Shown here: one piece after another, positions 35,460-49,269 of the stretch | How positions within the stretch are numbered: position 1 is the stretch's first letter | Layout of the letters: the number at the start of each line of letters is the position of its first letter | Source: Lama guanicoe | Taxonomy: Eukaryota | DNA length: 64,000 nt | NCBI GenBank assembly: GCA_013239625.1 | Contig: MU054001.1 | Location: 7,274,174 to 7,338,173, forward strand | Direction of reading: 5' to 3' | Position numbers and translations under genes: made by a program | Notes under the pieces: model-generated | What the model saw: the letters and a program-made list of their open reading frames with translations, nothing else | Databases searched by the model: none | Told to the model about the DNA's origin: nothing

Positions 35460-38400
35460 TTTTTAAAACATTTTTTTATTGAGTAATAGTCATTGTACAA
35501 TGTTTTGTCAAATTCTAGTGTAGAGCACAATTTTTCAGTTATATGTGAACATATATATATTCATTGTCACATTATTTTCACTATGGGCGACCACAAGATC
35601 TTGTTTATATTTCCCTGTGCTATACAGTATAATCTTGTTTATCTATTCTGCATTTTAAAATTCCAGTCTGTCCCTTCCCAGCACTCCCCCCACCCTTGGC
35701 AACCACAAGTTTGTATTCTATGTCTATGAGCCTGTTTCTCCTTTGTATTTATGTTTTGTTTTGTTTTGTCTTTAGATTCCTTAATGAGTGATCTCATATG
35801 GTATTTTTCTTTCTCTTTCTGGCTTTCTTCACTTAGAATGATATTCTCCAGGAACATCCATGTTGCTGCAAATGGCGTTATGTTGTCGGTTTTTATGCCT
35901 GAATAGTATTCCATCATATAAATATACCACATCTTCTTTACTCAGTCATCTGTTGATGGACATTAAACTGTTTCCATGTCTCAGCTATTGTAAATAGTGC
36001 TGCTATGAACATTGGGGTGCAGGTGTCATTTTGAAGTTCAGTTCCTTCTGGATTTATGCCCAGGAGTGGGATTCCTGGGTCATATGGTAAGTCTATTCCT
36101 AGTCTTTTGAGGAACCTCCATCCTGTTTTCCACAATGGCTTTCCATGCTTCCCTCTCCCACTCTTAATGATTTAGATGTCTCCTTTTACAATTTTGTGTT
36201 TATTCTTTTTGTAATTCATGGCAGTTATCTCTTTCCAGTTATGAGTTTCTCATTTCTGTAGCATCCTTCTTCTTCTCTATCTAGAGTAAACCTGTCAATA
36301 ATTGTTTTAGCATGGGTTTAGTGTTGCTAAACTCTTTTAGTTTTTGCTTGTCTGTGAAGTTCTTTATCCCTCCTTCTATTCTAAAGGATAGCCCTGCTGG
36401 ATAGAGTAACCTAGGCTGCATCTTTTTTTCATTCAGGACTTTGAATATATCTTGCCACTCCCTTCTGGCTTGTAGTGTTTGTGTAGAGAAGTCAGCTGAG
36501 AGCCTTATGGGGGTTCCCTTGTAACGCACTCTTTGTTTTTCTCTTGCTGCCTTTAGGATCATTTCTTTATCCTTGACTCTGGCCATCTTGATTATAATAT
36601 GTCTTGGTGTGGGTCTGTTTGGGTTCTTCCTGTTTGGGACCCTCTGAGCCTCCTGTACTTGGATATCTGATTCCTTCTTTAAGGTTTGGGAAGTTTTCAG
36701 TCATGATTTCTTCAAATACCTTTTCAATCTCTTTTGTTTTTTCTTCCCCTTCTGGAACCCTTATTCTGCGTAGATAGGCACACTTTATATTATCCCATAG
36801 GTCCCTTATATTGTTTTCATTGTTTTTTATTTGTTTTTCTTTCAGCTGTTCTGATTGGCTGCTTTCTGTTGTCCTGTCTTCTAGGTCACTAATTCCTTCC
36901 TCTGCATTATCTAGCCTGCTTTGTACAGCCTTTAGGTCAGATCTCATCTCAGCAAATGTGTTTACTAATTCTGCTTGGTTCTTCTTTATAGCTTCTATTT
37001 CATTTTTGACATATTTTATATCTCTAAACACTATTTCTTTTAGTTTGTTCAGTACTTTGATCACTATTTTTTTTTAAATCTTGATCTAGTAGGCCATCAA
37101 TGTCTATTTCTTTGATCATGCTTTCAGGGGATTTCTCTTAATCTTTTAATTGGGAGTCATTCCTCTGCTTCTTAATATTGCTCATATCTGTCTGGCACTG
37201 TGGCTTAAGGAGTATCAGTTATCTAGTTCTCCTGGAGACTCTGTGCTCAATGATTTTATTGAGAGGTCTTTGTGTCTTCGCCTCATTTCATGAACTCAGC
37301 TTGTTGTTTCCAGAGGCCCTCTGTTGACGCCCTCTTCTGTGCTGCTCCTAGTGGCCCTGGCTAGCAGATTGTGCCCCCTCCCAACACTGGGTCAGATTCT
37401 GAGCCCTTATCCAGTGGGTGGGTGGGTCACTCCCCTCCTGATGCCGCAGTCAGATGCTGCACTCGGGGAAGGCAGGTTGGTGGATCGTGCCCCCTCCCAG
37501 CACTGTGGTCAGTTGCTGCGTTCCTGCCAGGAAAGCGGGTTGCCACCTGCCCTTTCCTGGTGCTGGTTGCTCCACTGCTCTGTGCAGCTGTCTGCTTCGT
37601 CTCGGGTCAGTGTTCTGAAGGCGGGTGCGGGGTAGACCACTGAACAGCCCTGCCTCTGCTCAGTGCCAAATCTCAGGTCCTTGTTTGTCTTGGCAGTGCA
37701 AGTTCCCTGAGGTGCCAAGGGAGAAATATCCTATCTGCCTTGGGCTGTAAACAAGTCTCAGTCCTGCCTAGGAGGTTGTGGAGCCCCCAGGTGAGGATTC
37801 AGGTCTTGGCCCCACCCCCACCTGGGTGCTGCACACAGGAGAATATGGCGGCTGTGGCTGAGCTCCGCCTCTCTTCTCGTGAGAAGTGCTGGTAATGTTG
37901 GCGCAGGTCTGAGGAGACAACGGCTAGGGCACCCCTCCCCCCAGGGCACCCCAGCCTTGTTGCTTTGTTTTTTTCACAATTTATGAGAGACTGAGGTTGT
38001 TCTGCCCCATATCCCCTCCCAGCCATGGCAGTCCCCTGGGGCTGCCTCAGTGCAGCCACCCCAGTCCTCAGCCAGGCTCAGTCTGCCTGCCCTGGCTCCA
38101 GCTGCCAGCTCGCATCTCAGGCTGGGTGTCACGGGGACCCTTTGTGCCCATTTAACTCAGTTCTGTTGGTCAAGGGGTGCTTGGGGCAGATTTGAGCCTC
38201 AGAGGTTCCCCTTCCACCCCACTGGCCTCTCTGTTGGAGAGGGGAAACCCAGCAAATGAGCACCAGTCCTCCTTTTATGCTCCCTACCCAAAGGATTGGT
38301 CCCACACAGTTTTGCTTTTTCTTCTTTCTTTTTTTCCTAACAGATTTTTGGTGTCTTTGTCTTTCAAAGAGGACAATGTTCTGTCGGAGTTTGGCAGGTG

Positions 38401-38501
38401 CTCTGGTTGTCTGAGTGGGTCCGTAGATGTGAGTTTTGGTGTATTTGTGGGAGAGGGTGAGCTACAAGCATCCTTCTACTCCATCATCTTGCTTCTTCTC
38501 C
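35460..38501 (-). mobile_element. Internally deleted L1: 5' UTR, ORF1 and part of the inter-ORF fused to the ORF2 C-terminal tail and 3' UTR
   Basis: Junction at ~36140-36146 (CACAATGGCT|TTCCA|TGCTTCCCTCTCCC). ORF1 remnants 36281..36586 and 36567..37064 (ATG at 37185). 5' end near 38501. TSD weak (10/13). Confidence 0.92.
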
Positions 38502-39219
38502 TATATGGCTTCTTTTTAGGTGTGATCTTCCAAGGCAGACTAGGAGGTTGTCAGATCAGTGTTAAAAGTAGTCAGGTTATTAAAGAATAGATCATTTGTT
38601 TCTATCTGGAAACTTTTAACCACATAGACTCAGACAACAAACCCTCAGAACCATATACCTGCATTCAGTCTAGGTTGTGCCAGGTGGGGAGGATGGTGCC
38701 TCACAAGTCATCAAGGGTGATGTTGAGACCAACATACTCTTAAGTGTTAATTAAAATAATGTATTTTCCCATGACCTCTGTCAAAATCCTTCCGCTTTCT
38801 GGCTTCACCTGTAGTATTCTAATTTCTATCTTGCTCTGAAATCTCATTACTCCATCATCTCTGTATAAAAACTTGTTCTCAGCTCTCCAGTTACCTCCTC
38901 ATAGGCTGCCATCTCTGGCCCAAGCCACAGGGTCTATGATTCCAGGTTAGGGACATGGACTCAAGGAGGAATGTCACTGTAGGAAGATGACTCATAGATT
39001 ATAGTATTTGGCCATATGTCTCCAGATGTAACACTGGATATGGGAGAAAGTATGGAGAACTGTGATATAAGCATTTTGGGCACTTGTTTTAGCAAAGGGC
39101 CAAGGGTATCTTCATACATATTTTGGTATATTCTGAATAGACTACAATCAATTCAGAAAACTAGACTGAGAGGGTTAAGAGAATTCCAGTGCATAGACAT
39201 TCCAGAGCTTTTTAAAAAC

Positions 39220-39730
39220 CATGGTAAAAAAATCATAACATAAATTTTGCCACTTTAAGTATTTTTCCATTTAAGTGTATAATGCTGTGGCATTAAGTTA
39301 CTCACATTGTTGTCTGACCATCACCATTGAATGATCTTTAGAACATGTTCATCATTCCAAACTGAAATTCTGTACTCATTCAATAATTTCCCATTTCCCC
39401 CTCCACCAACTCCTTGCAATCACCATTCTGCTTTTTGTTTCTATGAATTTTGTCTCTTGGTCCTCTTTGTAAGTGAAATCAGACAGTAGTTGTTCTTTTG
39501 GGTAAGAATATTTCACTTAGCATAACATCTTCAAGGCTCATCTGTGTGTCAAAATATTCTTCCCTTTTAAGGCTGAATAATATTCCATTGTGTATATGTA
39601 CATATGTTGTTCATTCATCCCATTGATGGACATTTGGTTTGTTGCCACATTTTGGCTATTATGAATAGAGCTGCTATGAACAGTGATGTACAGATATATG
39701 TTCAAGTCTCTGTTTTCAATTATTTTGAGT
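39220..39730 (-). mobile_element. Old L1 (L1MB-like) 3' fragment
   Basis: TTTCACTTAGCATAA, AAGGCTGAATAATATTCCATTGTG, GATGGACATTTGG motifs; strongly diverged. Confidence 0.75.
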
Positions 39731-41284
39731 TGAGTTTGGTTTTGTCAAACATAAATTCTAAAGTATATCTGGGTACTTTCATTTGAAAACACCTATAAAA
39801 TTTGCTATAATGTGAGATTTATCTGATAATTTTTAAACAAATTTTCTATTTGAGTTAGGAAATTCAAGCTCATTAAAAAAAGGAGTTTAGACTGCATGGG
39901 AACTGCTGCCATGTATTTTGCAAAAGAAGAAATAAACTTAGTATTCCTGAGGCTTCAGAGTGAAGAACCAGGGCCCCTGGGAGCCAATTTTCATCAACGT
40001 TAAAGAGGAGATTTCTAGAAATGAGCATTTCCTAACAAGGGCTTGAACAGGTTGGGTGGTGAGCAGATGTCACAACCTGCAGTGGGTGGGAGGACACTCT
40101 AAGGTGTTGTCATTGTCCCCTTCCATCTCTTCCTTCCCTGGACTGCTTCCTGCTTAATACTCTGTTGTGTGGTGCTCTAAGTACTGACTGTCTATGAATC
40201 TTGACTCCCAACCACATTTGGCAGGGCTTACATGGCAGCTTTTCCTGTAAACTCTGTGAACACAGGGAATTTGTTGAGATGTCATATTGTTGAGAAACTT
40301 GAAACATTATCTGAGAGAGAGAAAGATAGACAGACATAGAATGATACAGAGAGAGAAAGTTTCTAACCCAGCACTCTCTGAATGGAATGGAGATAGTCCT
40401 GTTTCCTCTCTTTCTCCTTTCAGATATTTCTGCCCTTCACTGTCTTCTCTCATCCCTCCTTATTCAGAACATAAGAGCTGGTAATTTTTCACCTGTGATA
40501 TCAGGGAATTGTTATTGGTTCAAGTAGCTGTTTTCAAACTTTTGGGGAGTGCTTGTGCTAGGGGAGATTGTGCATAGAAAGCTCTCTAAATGATGTGGCT
40601 AGAACTCCCCCCATGTACCCTGTTAGCAAAGAGAGGGCTTGTTTTGGGGAGCTGCCAGTGAGGAATTTCAAGGGTAATTGGCAAATGATGTCTTAGAGAC
40701 AATGCAAAAAATGCACTGAATTTTCCTGGCCTGAGATTGGAAATGGTACCCTCTTGGCACAACAACCCAATAGCTCATAATAATCACTTATGGAAAATTG
40801 TATTTTCAAGTACCCAGTTAATTTATGACCCACTGGAGATTATGAAAAGACTGTCAGCCAGGGATTAAAAGTAGCTTAGTATAGTGACCTTTTTTTTGTT
40901 TCCAACAGAAAAATCATGTTTCTTCTACTGTTTTCAAAACAAAACAAATCTCTGGTTGTGGACCAGGGATTCCAGGCAGGAAGGAGCAGCAGAAGTAATA
41001 ATAAGGAAGGAGTGAGCTGCTCATCTGTATATTTGATCTATTGATTGATCTGGAGAATAATTAGAAGGCTCCCTTTGGGTTGTCTGTTGCAGCACTGCTG
41101 AGGCAGGAGATGGATGGCTGTGGTTAGTGGTTTCCAAGATGCAGATCTGCCTCAGAGCCAGGTCTGAGGAGCAGGCACCCCCTGGGGCAGAAGGTCTCAG
41201 CCTCTGATCTCTGTCCTGTGAGTTTTTCTCTGGGTTGTCTGTGTTCACAGACCTTGAGACCACCAGTATTATCAAACTAAGAAG

Positions 41285-41680
41285 TTTGAGTTCCCTTACA
41301 GGGACTCTCTATGACAATGATTTTGTTGCAGGTAGTTCTGTAGGATATAAAAGGAGGGGTTGAGAGAGTGAGATGGGAAGAAAAGGAAACCAAAACACAG
41401 GTGCCCTTGTGGGCAACTAGGCCTCATTCCACTGGGGACTTTGATGACTGTGTAAACACAGCTCAGAACTGTTTCCCAAAGTGGTTAAGAAGCTGAAGTA
41501 TTTACCTATCTTGTATTAGTGGCCTTCCCTGTGTGAGGTCAGCACACTCTCCAGTGGCCAGAAGACACATTGAGCAGAGACCTTGGAAGCCAGCAGCGTG
41601 AACGGGAACTGTGTAAACATCCTCCTGGACAGGCCTAGAGGACGCAAGTGCAGCCCCAGCAGGAGTTGCTGAAGGCTCCT
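41285..41680. mobile_element. Ancient ERVL-type LTR (LTR33/LTR16-like)
   Basis: GAGTGAGATGGGAAG, TGTGGGCAACT, CTCAGAACTGTTTCCC and GAAGCTGAAGTATTTA resemble recalled ERVL LTR consensus. Confidence 0.45.
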
Positions 41681-42299
41681 ACTCCCACTTCTCTTCTTCC
41701 AGTCACCCCCTAAACACAGGCATATCCTGTAACATGACCCTCCCTGGGACAGATCATTTACTTGTGCAACTCCTAGAGCTGCTCATCTGTAAAATGGGGT
41801 GATGACAGCTTCCTGGAGGAGACACGTTTTGTATGCCCAGCTCTTGTCTATTCTGGGAAGTTCCCCCATCCCCACCCCTTATTCTGGAAAACGTGGCTTT
41901 ATCTTCCACATGATTTCTTTGTTTGACCTGGAAGCTTGGCTATAGGTGATTGGTTTAGAGATGGGCACCACCCCACACTGGGCCAATTGCATCACTTCCA
42001 TGGACATTCACATTTGGGGCTGAGAAGGAGTGCTGACACATATCGAGTTTGGGAGTGGTTGGTGGTCTCATTGCATTAGATGAACCTAGGCCCAGGGTGA
42101 GCTTCCCTGCAGATACAGAGTGTAGTGAAGCTGTTCTTTAGAGAGGAGGGCATACAAGGGGTGGGAAAACAGTGTTGAGGGTATTCAACTGAGGGTCCTA
42201 GTTCTCTGTATGATTTCTTTGAGGTATTTACTTTCCTTTAGAGACATCCTACTTTTCATTAACTTAAGTGAATGGGAGGAATAGGTCCCACTTGAAAAA

Positions 42300-42395
42300 A
42301 TAATCTACCTGTTTATACAGTTATTATAATAACCCTATGAGATGACATGTTTAGCACAGTGCCTGGCATAGAACCAGCCCTCAATAAATGACAGA
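42300..42395 (+). mobile_element. MIR/L2 3' tail fragment
   Basis: TTAGCACAGTGCCTGGCATAG followed by CTCAATAAATG. Confidence 0.6.
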
Positions 42396-42899
42396 AAGTA
42401 TTATTTATAATGATGACTCCTTAATCTTCAGCCCTACCAGACCTTACCTGACTTTATGTAGTTTCCTTGTGAATGTTCCTAATACCTCAAACTCAATAAG
42501 GCTGCATTTGCCATCTAAGACAGCTCAGTCATTCTGTATATATAATCACCACATATTCAACACACAGCTCAGAAACATAGGAGTGTACTGGAATCTTTCT
42601 CCTACCCCACAGCCAACCAATGAAAAAGTTTAGTGAATTTACTCCCATAAATATTTCTCAAGTCCACCCACTTCTTTCCACCATCCTGGTCCCTCCCTTA
42701 TGATTTCTCCTCCAAATTATAGCAAATATATTCATCTAAGGCATGTGGAATCCTATGTCCACATGAGATCCTAAGTGGAATATATATATATATCTCACAC
42801 AACTGAAGCTCCTCTGGTTAAAAAGAAGGGAGTGGAGGCTACATGAGTCCCTTCCACCATCCTCCCCCTCCACACCCAGGATGCATCCATGGCTCAGAA

Positions 42900-43500
42900 A
42901 ATGACATGAGCAAAGATGTAAAGGAAGAGAAGGGTTCAGCCCTGAAGATATCTGGGAGGAACAGCCAGTCCACAGACACTTAGGGGGCCGGGCATGTTTG
43001 AGGAGCAGCTAGGGGCCAGTTCTGATGGAGCTGACTGAAGGGAGGGGAGGGTTATGAGGGAATAGTCAGAGAAGTCACGTGGATTGTGTAGGGCCTTGTT
43101 GGCACTGAGAAAATGTTGGCTCTGAGTGAGATGTGAGCCATTGGAGAGATCTGAGCATGGCAGTTACCTGATAGAACCTGTATCCTACTTGGATCACTCA
43201 GGTCACTGTGTGGAGAACAGACTACAGGAGGTTGAAGTTGGGAGCAGAGAGATCCTTGGGGAGGCTGCTGCAATACTTTAGGCCAGAGTTGATAAGCATT
43301 ATGGCAGGGGAGGTGGTGAGAAGGGGTCAGATTCTGGATGTATTTTGGAAGTAGAACCAACAGGTTTTGCTAGAGGAGTGCAAGTAGGGTGTGAAAGAAA
43401 GAAAGGTATCAAGGAAGAATGGCACTCTTTTTTCCCTTGAATATCTAGATAGATGAATTGCCCTCAACTGGGATGGAGAAGGTTGCAGGTATTGCAGGTG
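42900..43500 (-). mobile_element. L2 fragment
   Basis: GATTGTGTAGGGCCTTG, GGATCACTCAGGTCACTGTGTGGAGAA and CAGATTCTGGATGTATTTTGGAAGTAGA are typical of L2 in reverse orientation. Confidence 0.65.
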
Positions 43501-44214
43501 ACTTTATCACAAGTGAATTTTACATAATGCTTTTTTGAGATTTTTTTTCATATTTTTTGCATTAAAAATTTATACCCAATTATCTGGTTTCAAAAAAGAG
43601 ATTAAGGAAACAATTATTCACTTTTCAGAACAAATTTAGACTTGAGATTGATTTTAACATTAAAAACAGTAAACTCTCATAGCATATGTAAAATATGAAT
43701 CAATTGAACATAAACTTTCAGAAACACATGTATTACCTAAAGGCCAGTCAAAGAAAGTGAAGATGAGCTAAGCAACGCTCAGTGAGAAATTTGGTACACA
43801 GTGATCTTGGTAGGCAATCTCAGGATGGTCCTCTTCTCTGGAATATTCTGCCCTTGTACTCAACAAGATGGGCAAGAAGAACCTTCTCAGGGGCTTAGGT
43901 AGAGACTGGGGCCTTGTGTGCTTTGGAAATGTTGAACTACAAATATTCATGGTGCTAAACTCTAAAATAATTGTATTGCATTAATAGTATCACACAGTCA
44001 AAGTCTAACACAAGTGCAGCAGGTGCTCCATACATGAAATGAATAAATGAGTGAATATTGCCATAAAAAGTACATGCAGGAAAGGTTGTCATAGCCCACA
44101 CAGATTGCATCTGCTTTCCACATGCAGCCACAGACTCTGGTAATCTTTAGATAGAATTACTGACCACACTATTTGATTTTCCCAGCTCCACCAACACAAT
44201 TATATGCATCTCTG

Positions 44215-44670
44215 CTTATATCTCCTGGGAATGCTTTCAGCAGCAAGTTATGGAAAAACCTAACTACATCAACTTAATTTGGAAATTGTCAGCCTAGGGA
44301 TTGCACAAAAGTCATGTGCCTTCAAAGATCCACTGGCTGTTCCATTCTGTTGGATTTCATCCTTAAGACTGTCACCTCACTTTTGTAGGATAACTGTGGT
44401 ACTTCCAGAGATTGCATGCTTACTCTAAGCAGGAAGAAGGGAGAAGAGGCAGAAGTAAGCAATAACCCCACCCATTTCCTTTTATTAGAAAAGAAAGCTT
44501 TCTCAAAAACTTTGAAGTTGGTTTCCTTTTAGTCACATTAACCATAACTGTGTCAAAAGACAGTTTGAACAAAAGATTATTTTTTCCTGGATCATATTGC
44601 TGCTCCAACAAAATCAAGGTTCTGTAAAATGAGGGAAATTGAAGACAGATAACTGATAGATTTGATGTGC
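44215..44670. mobile_element. Ancient MaLR (MLT1-like) LTR
   Basis: GGGAATGCTTTCAGCAGCAAG start and ATATTGCTGCTCCAACAAAATCAAGGTTCTGT resemble MLT1 LTRs. Confidence 0.45.
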
Positions 44671-45399
44671 CAACTAAACTGTAAAATCCATGGCTGCTGG
44701 GTCCATACTTTCTACTTTGAACTTTATTGAGGATTCCCCTGTACTATAGAAGAGAACTGAAGACTTTTTGGCTGGGTGGATTCCAGTGGCAGTAGCTACT
44801 AGGATCCAGGGAGTCTGTCCAAGGCTCCAAATCTAGAGAAGTTTGTCCTTTTGGTCTTTGATACTTTCAGTAACAACCAAACCTTCACCTTGTGGTGAAA
44901 CTACTGTGCTTCTGCCAAGGAGTGCTACATGACTCGTTAAAGGCTCCTTTAAGCTGCCAAGACGCATCATCAAACTATCATTGACAAATCTTAATTTTAG
45001 TTAAAGTAATTGTCCTAATATGAATCAGACTGATAGCCACCTTTCAGAACAGCTTCTAATAATCTATAATATCCATGCTAACTAGGGGATTCAGGATGAC
45101 ATTACCAAAGATAATTATTATAGGCTGTAGGAGCTAATAGTGAGGGCTAAATAAAGGTGTTGTTTCATGTCTACTTCCTGCATAAAGGAAGGAGATAGGG
45201 AGCTCCCAAAAGAAGTAATAGACTTCTGGGGAAGGTAACTTCCCTTAGCAATTTAGGATGATGTCAGGATTTTAACTTCAGCAAGTTTCTGTTCAGCCCA
45301 GGGATAAACCTCATGAACATGAGAGGTATAAATGTCCAAACAACTTGGGAGAAATGGATGAATTAGAGGAAAAAGTCTAACAGGAGAAGATATCATATT

Positions 45400-45615
45400 A
45401 CTGAAAGCACATCTTTGGAGTAAGAGAGGCCTGAATTCAGATTCCAGCCCTGACACTAGTTTTGAGAGCTTAGGCAAATTATTTAATCCCTTGTAGTTGG
45501 TTTTCAAATCTGGAAATGGAAGTCATTAGTAGGTCTCTTCATAGAATTGAGATGAGAGTTAACATGAGATAATGAATGTAAATCAAATAGTCCAGAGCTT
45601 GGCAAGTATAACTGA
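45400..45615 (+). mobile_element. MIR SINE
   Basis: CCTGAATTCAGATTCCAGCCCTGACACTAG, TTAGGCAAATTATTTAATCC and GAGATAATGAATGTAAA. Confidence 0.65.
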
Positions 45616-46572
45616 ACCTACTGAAAATGCTTTTTTGGCTGATCATGTTGGCATGGGTCAAGCTGACCACATGCCCCCTCCTCCCCACCTCTCATTTCCA
45701 CTGCATGTGTTGCATGCATGGGGGGTTTTATTTTATAACTAGTAGCCCAGGAGGAGTGTGTTGTAGGTGTTTGGAATAGACAGACAGGGTAAATGAGGGG
45801 TGGCATCTCGTATGTCCTTGCCCAGCCACTGGGCCAGGTGTGAGTCCTGTGGCTACAGGGGTGCAGACCAGAAGCCAGAGAAGTGATGTGATGAAAGTCT
45901 TTATGAAATTGGCACCAAAGCTGCTCCGCATGTATCCCCAGACCACAGAGAGTGGCATGGCCAGGAAGAAAGATTCTCCCCACCTGGCACAGATCCCAAC
46001 ACATCTGGTGGCTCTAGGGTGGGAGGGGGCAGTGCACTTTGCACAGGATTTGACAGGAGTGTCTGGCTGTAGTCAAGCAGGGAGTCAGGCCAATACTGCT
46101 TCATGATGTAGCTGGGCCAGGTTTGTGGCTTGTAAGACTACCCCCACGGGAACTTATAGAGATACCTGGATGTGATATTGGGAGGCCTCACATTCCTGGA
46201 AACCCATGTTCCTCACTCGGCAGGTAGTTTGAACTGAATTGTAACTGGTACCTCCATTCTTATTCCATCTGGTGTAGCTAGATGACCCTGGGATTATACT
46301 TCACACTGACCACAATGTGGTGAAGTATCAGAATGAGAGTTTTATAGCTTCAACTGAGAAAACATGTGTGTAAATTACCTAGCACAGTGTCTGGAACATA
46401 GTTACTCAACAAGTGCCATTCATCCTTGAGGAGAGTTATGTTCCAAATGTTAGTGAAGGTAAAGAATATTATGCCCTAGAGGGCTAAGATGACTCTTTAT
46501 TCCTTTAATCTGTTCATGCAATAAGAATTTATTGCATGCCTAATATATGTGTTTGTGCATACACACATACAT

Positions 46573-46576
<4 letters not shown>

Positions 46577-46626
<50 letters not shown>
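46577..46626. repeat. (CA)n microsatellite
   Basis: Directly visible. Confidence 0.98.
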
Positions 46627-46630
<4 letters not shown>

Positions 46631-48859
46631 TGAACAGCATCATCCCTGCATCTGGAATCTGTGGATCCTGATGTAGGAGGTCTGTGTATCCATCAGTAGA
46701 TACAACACAAAACAGGCTGCTGACAGCTGCACCAGAAGGACAAGCAAGCCTGACGAGGGCACAAGGGGAGGGCCTGGAAAGGCTTTGTGGGGGGCAGCTA
46801 AGTTGAGTCTCTAAGAGCTCCATTTCCATAAGTAGAGACCCGGGGGATCACCATCCTAATTAGAAGAGACAGTAAGAACTTGCAGGGTAATTTCAAGGGG
46901 CCAAAAATAACTTGTTTTGATTGAAGCCTTGGTGGTTGGTAGGGAGAGCAGGAGGGACTTCTGTGGAAGCAGCAGGCTGAGATGAACTTATAGAAGGCCT
47001 CCAAGACTATTTTGGAAGGGCAGGATAAGGAGGGGCACCACAGGCAGGTTTGTGGAGGGGCAGGTACACTTTGGGGACTTATACCCCCACAGGGATCCTG
47101 GACTTTACAAAAACAGAGGCCCCATGATGAGGCATGTTAATTTACTTTTGGAAAGGACTTGGGAAAAAGTCTCTCTCTGTCCCTGGAAGTGATGCTTATA
47201 TGTGCCCTGGCACATGGGATGGATGGCTTTTCTACTTAGAAAATAGAGTTTCAAGTTTCCTTATTTGTTTGGTTTTATCCCCCCTCAAGTCATCTCCTAA
47301 TGACCTCTGCATAATGTGAAAATATCACTGGCTGGGGAGTGGGAGGGTTCAGAAGTTACATAAAATGCCAGATTCTGCACACCCTGACTGCTCCTGCTCC
47401 CTGAATCCTGACTTCTGTTTTATGAAGTGAATCAGTCACAGACAGCAGACAAAAATGTGCAGGGAGTCTGAAACGTGGACTTGTTGCTGCCTGAGTGGTC
47501 TCCTCCTCTCCACCAGGATTTTCTTTCAAGTCAAGTGCATGACCAGTGTCCAAAAGGGAGCCTCTCAAAGCAGAACAACTTAATGGGAGAAAAGGGCTAA
47601 TTAATCAACCAAGGATTGCCATCCCCAGTGGCCCTATAGCCAGAAATGTCCACCTACCTGTTCAGAGCAATAATAGCCACTGCATTAGGATTCCTTTCTC
47701 TTTATCTCCTCCACTTGGGCCAGATCTGGCATCATAAGGCAAGTTATTAACCAATGACTTGGTTCTTGAATTTTTTATTTCCTCTCTCCACTTAACTTGG
47801 AACTGTCAGGTAATTCTCCCCTTCCTCCAGGGCCCCATTTTCCAGTTCAAGACTTAAAGACCTTGGGAATGGATAACACACATTGAGATAGGGATTTCTG
47901 TGACTTCCCAGGTCTGTTAAGGAGGGGGAACCTCCTGGCACAGTGCACCATGAGATCAGGGAGGGATGGAGGAACTCAGAAGTGGTGCTGTAGCCCTCTT
48001 TGTGGAGCCTGCCCAGTGCTGAATGCACAACCTCACCAGTGGCCACAGGTGGTCTCTTTCAGAGAGTATGCCCCTACAGTCCCCTGGTGATAACTAGGTT
48101 CTTGCCGTAGCTGTTAAAGCCCATTTACCCACCATTAGTGAGAAACTGCTCTGCTTTAGCATCCTTCTCCCAGTGCCAGTAAAGTGCATATGGCAGCTCT
48201 GAGCTCAGAAGCACACTTTCTTTCGTGGAGTAGCTCCTGTTTCCATCCACAGTGATTTTATTATGGCCAAATATTTTACTTCTGATTAACTTGAAAGTTT
48301 TTATGTCTCTCTTTGCATACAGAAGTCTGGGGAAGTCAATGAATCGGGTAGGTGGACCATTTTGAGCAACAAATACATCTTGAGATGGGGATTTGAGTTA
48401 AAATTCCTTAAAACCTTCACCTAAGATTTAACTTCCTTCTCACTCAGTTCCCCCTATTAATTGGAATGTAATTGTTTCTTTGCTGACAAAATATATGTAG
48501 GAGATAATGTCTGTGCCCATCCCCAACATACCTCCTTGGGTCTTGATATTGTAGTATAGATTTCCAGCTGCTGATGGGCTTTTCTGGAGGCCAGAATTTA
48601 CTCTTCTGGCACTTTAGAAGGCTTAGTGAACAAGAGAGTACCCTCTAGGAAAAGCTCACAATGGAAGGCTGGCTTGAACTGGTATAGAAATGCCCCAGTC
48701 TCCTTTTCCCTCTGGCAAGATAACTGACTTTCAGGGTTCCCCAGAAAGATCAAGTTCTAGTTGCTTGCAGTGGTAATTGGCTCAATAACTCATCCTTTTT
48801 TTGTTACTTCCTGCTCTAACTTACTTTTTTACTCCCCTACATGTGTTTCCTGGGATGAC

Positions 48860-49244
48860 TGTCTGCTGAGGGGGGCTGAGGTGTGATTCAGGGAGGTGAG
48901 CGGCCTAACCAGAAAAATGCACAGAAGCTGCCATACCACAAAACTGACTGCACTAGAAGACAAGGAGTGAAACAGCATTTTATTCTATTGCCACAAGGTG
49001 GTGTGCATGCTCCATGGCTCATTTGTCCTGCTTTTATCTATTTTTTGCCTGCACATGTGCATTGTCATTTTCTTTGTTCATGAGGTTTACAGAACACCAT
49101 TGGCGCATGTGTACTTTTACTTTATTTGTTCTAAAACTTATATGACCTGCATATGCATACAATCATCATTTACTTTACACTACAAGCATGTTGGTGTGGC
49201 CTTGGCCTTGAGTCCCATGGCTTACTCATCCAAGGCCACTGGCA
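48860..49244 (-). repeat. 3' LTR of the provirus
   Basis: Direct repeat of 52464-52851; preceded on the minus strand by the PPT AGGGGGTGGAA (49245-49255). Confidence 0.95.
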
Positions 49245-49269
49245 TTCCACCCCCTGGGTCATGGGGACC

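Noticed and set aside
37215..37240. Splicing as the cause of the missing UTR module
   Set aside because: No GT donor at the sense-strand junction; direct-repeat microhomology fits better.
45618..46106. Overlapping 67-128-aa ORFs in apparently unique sequence
   Set aside because: No recognisable protein similarity or convincing splice structure. A small exon cannot be excluded without alignment.
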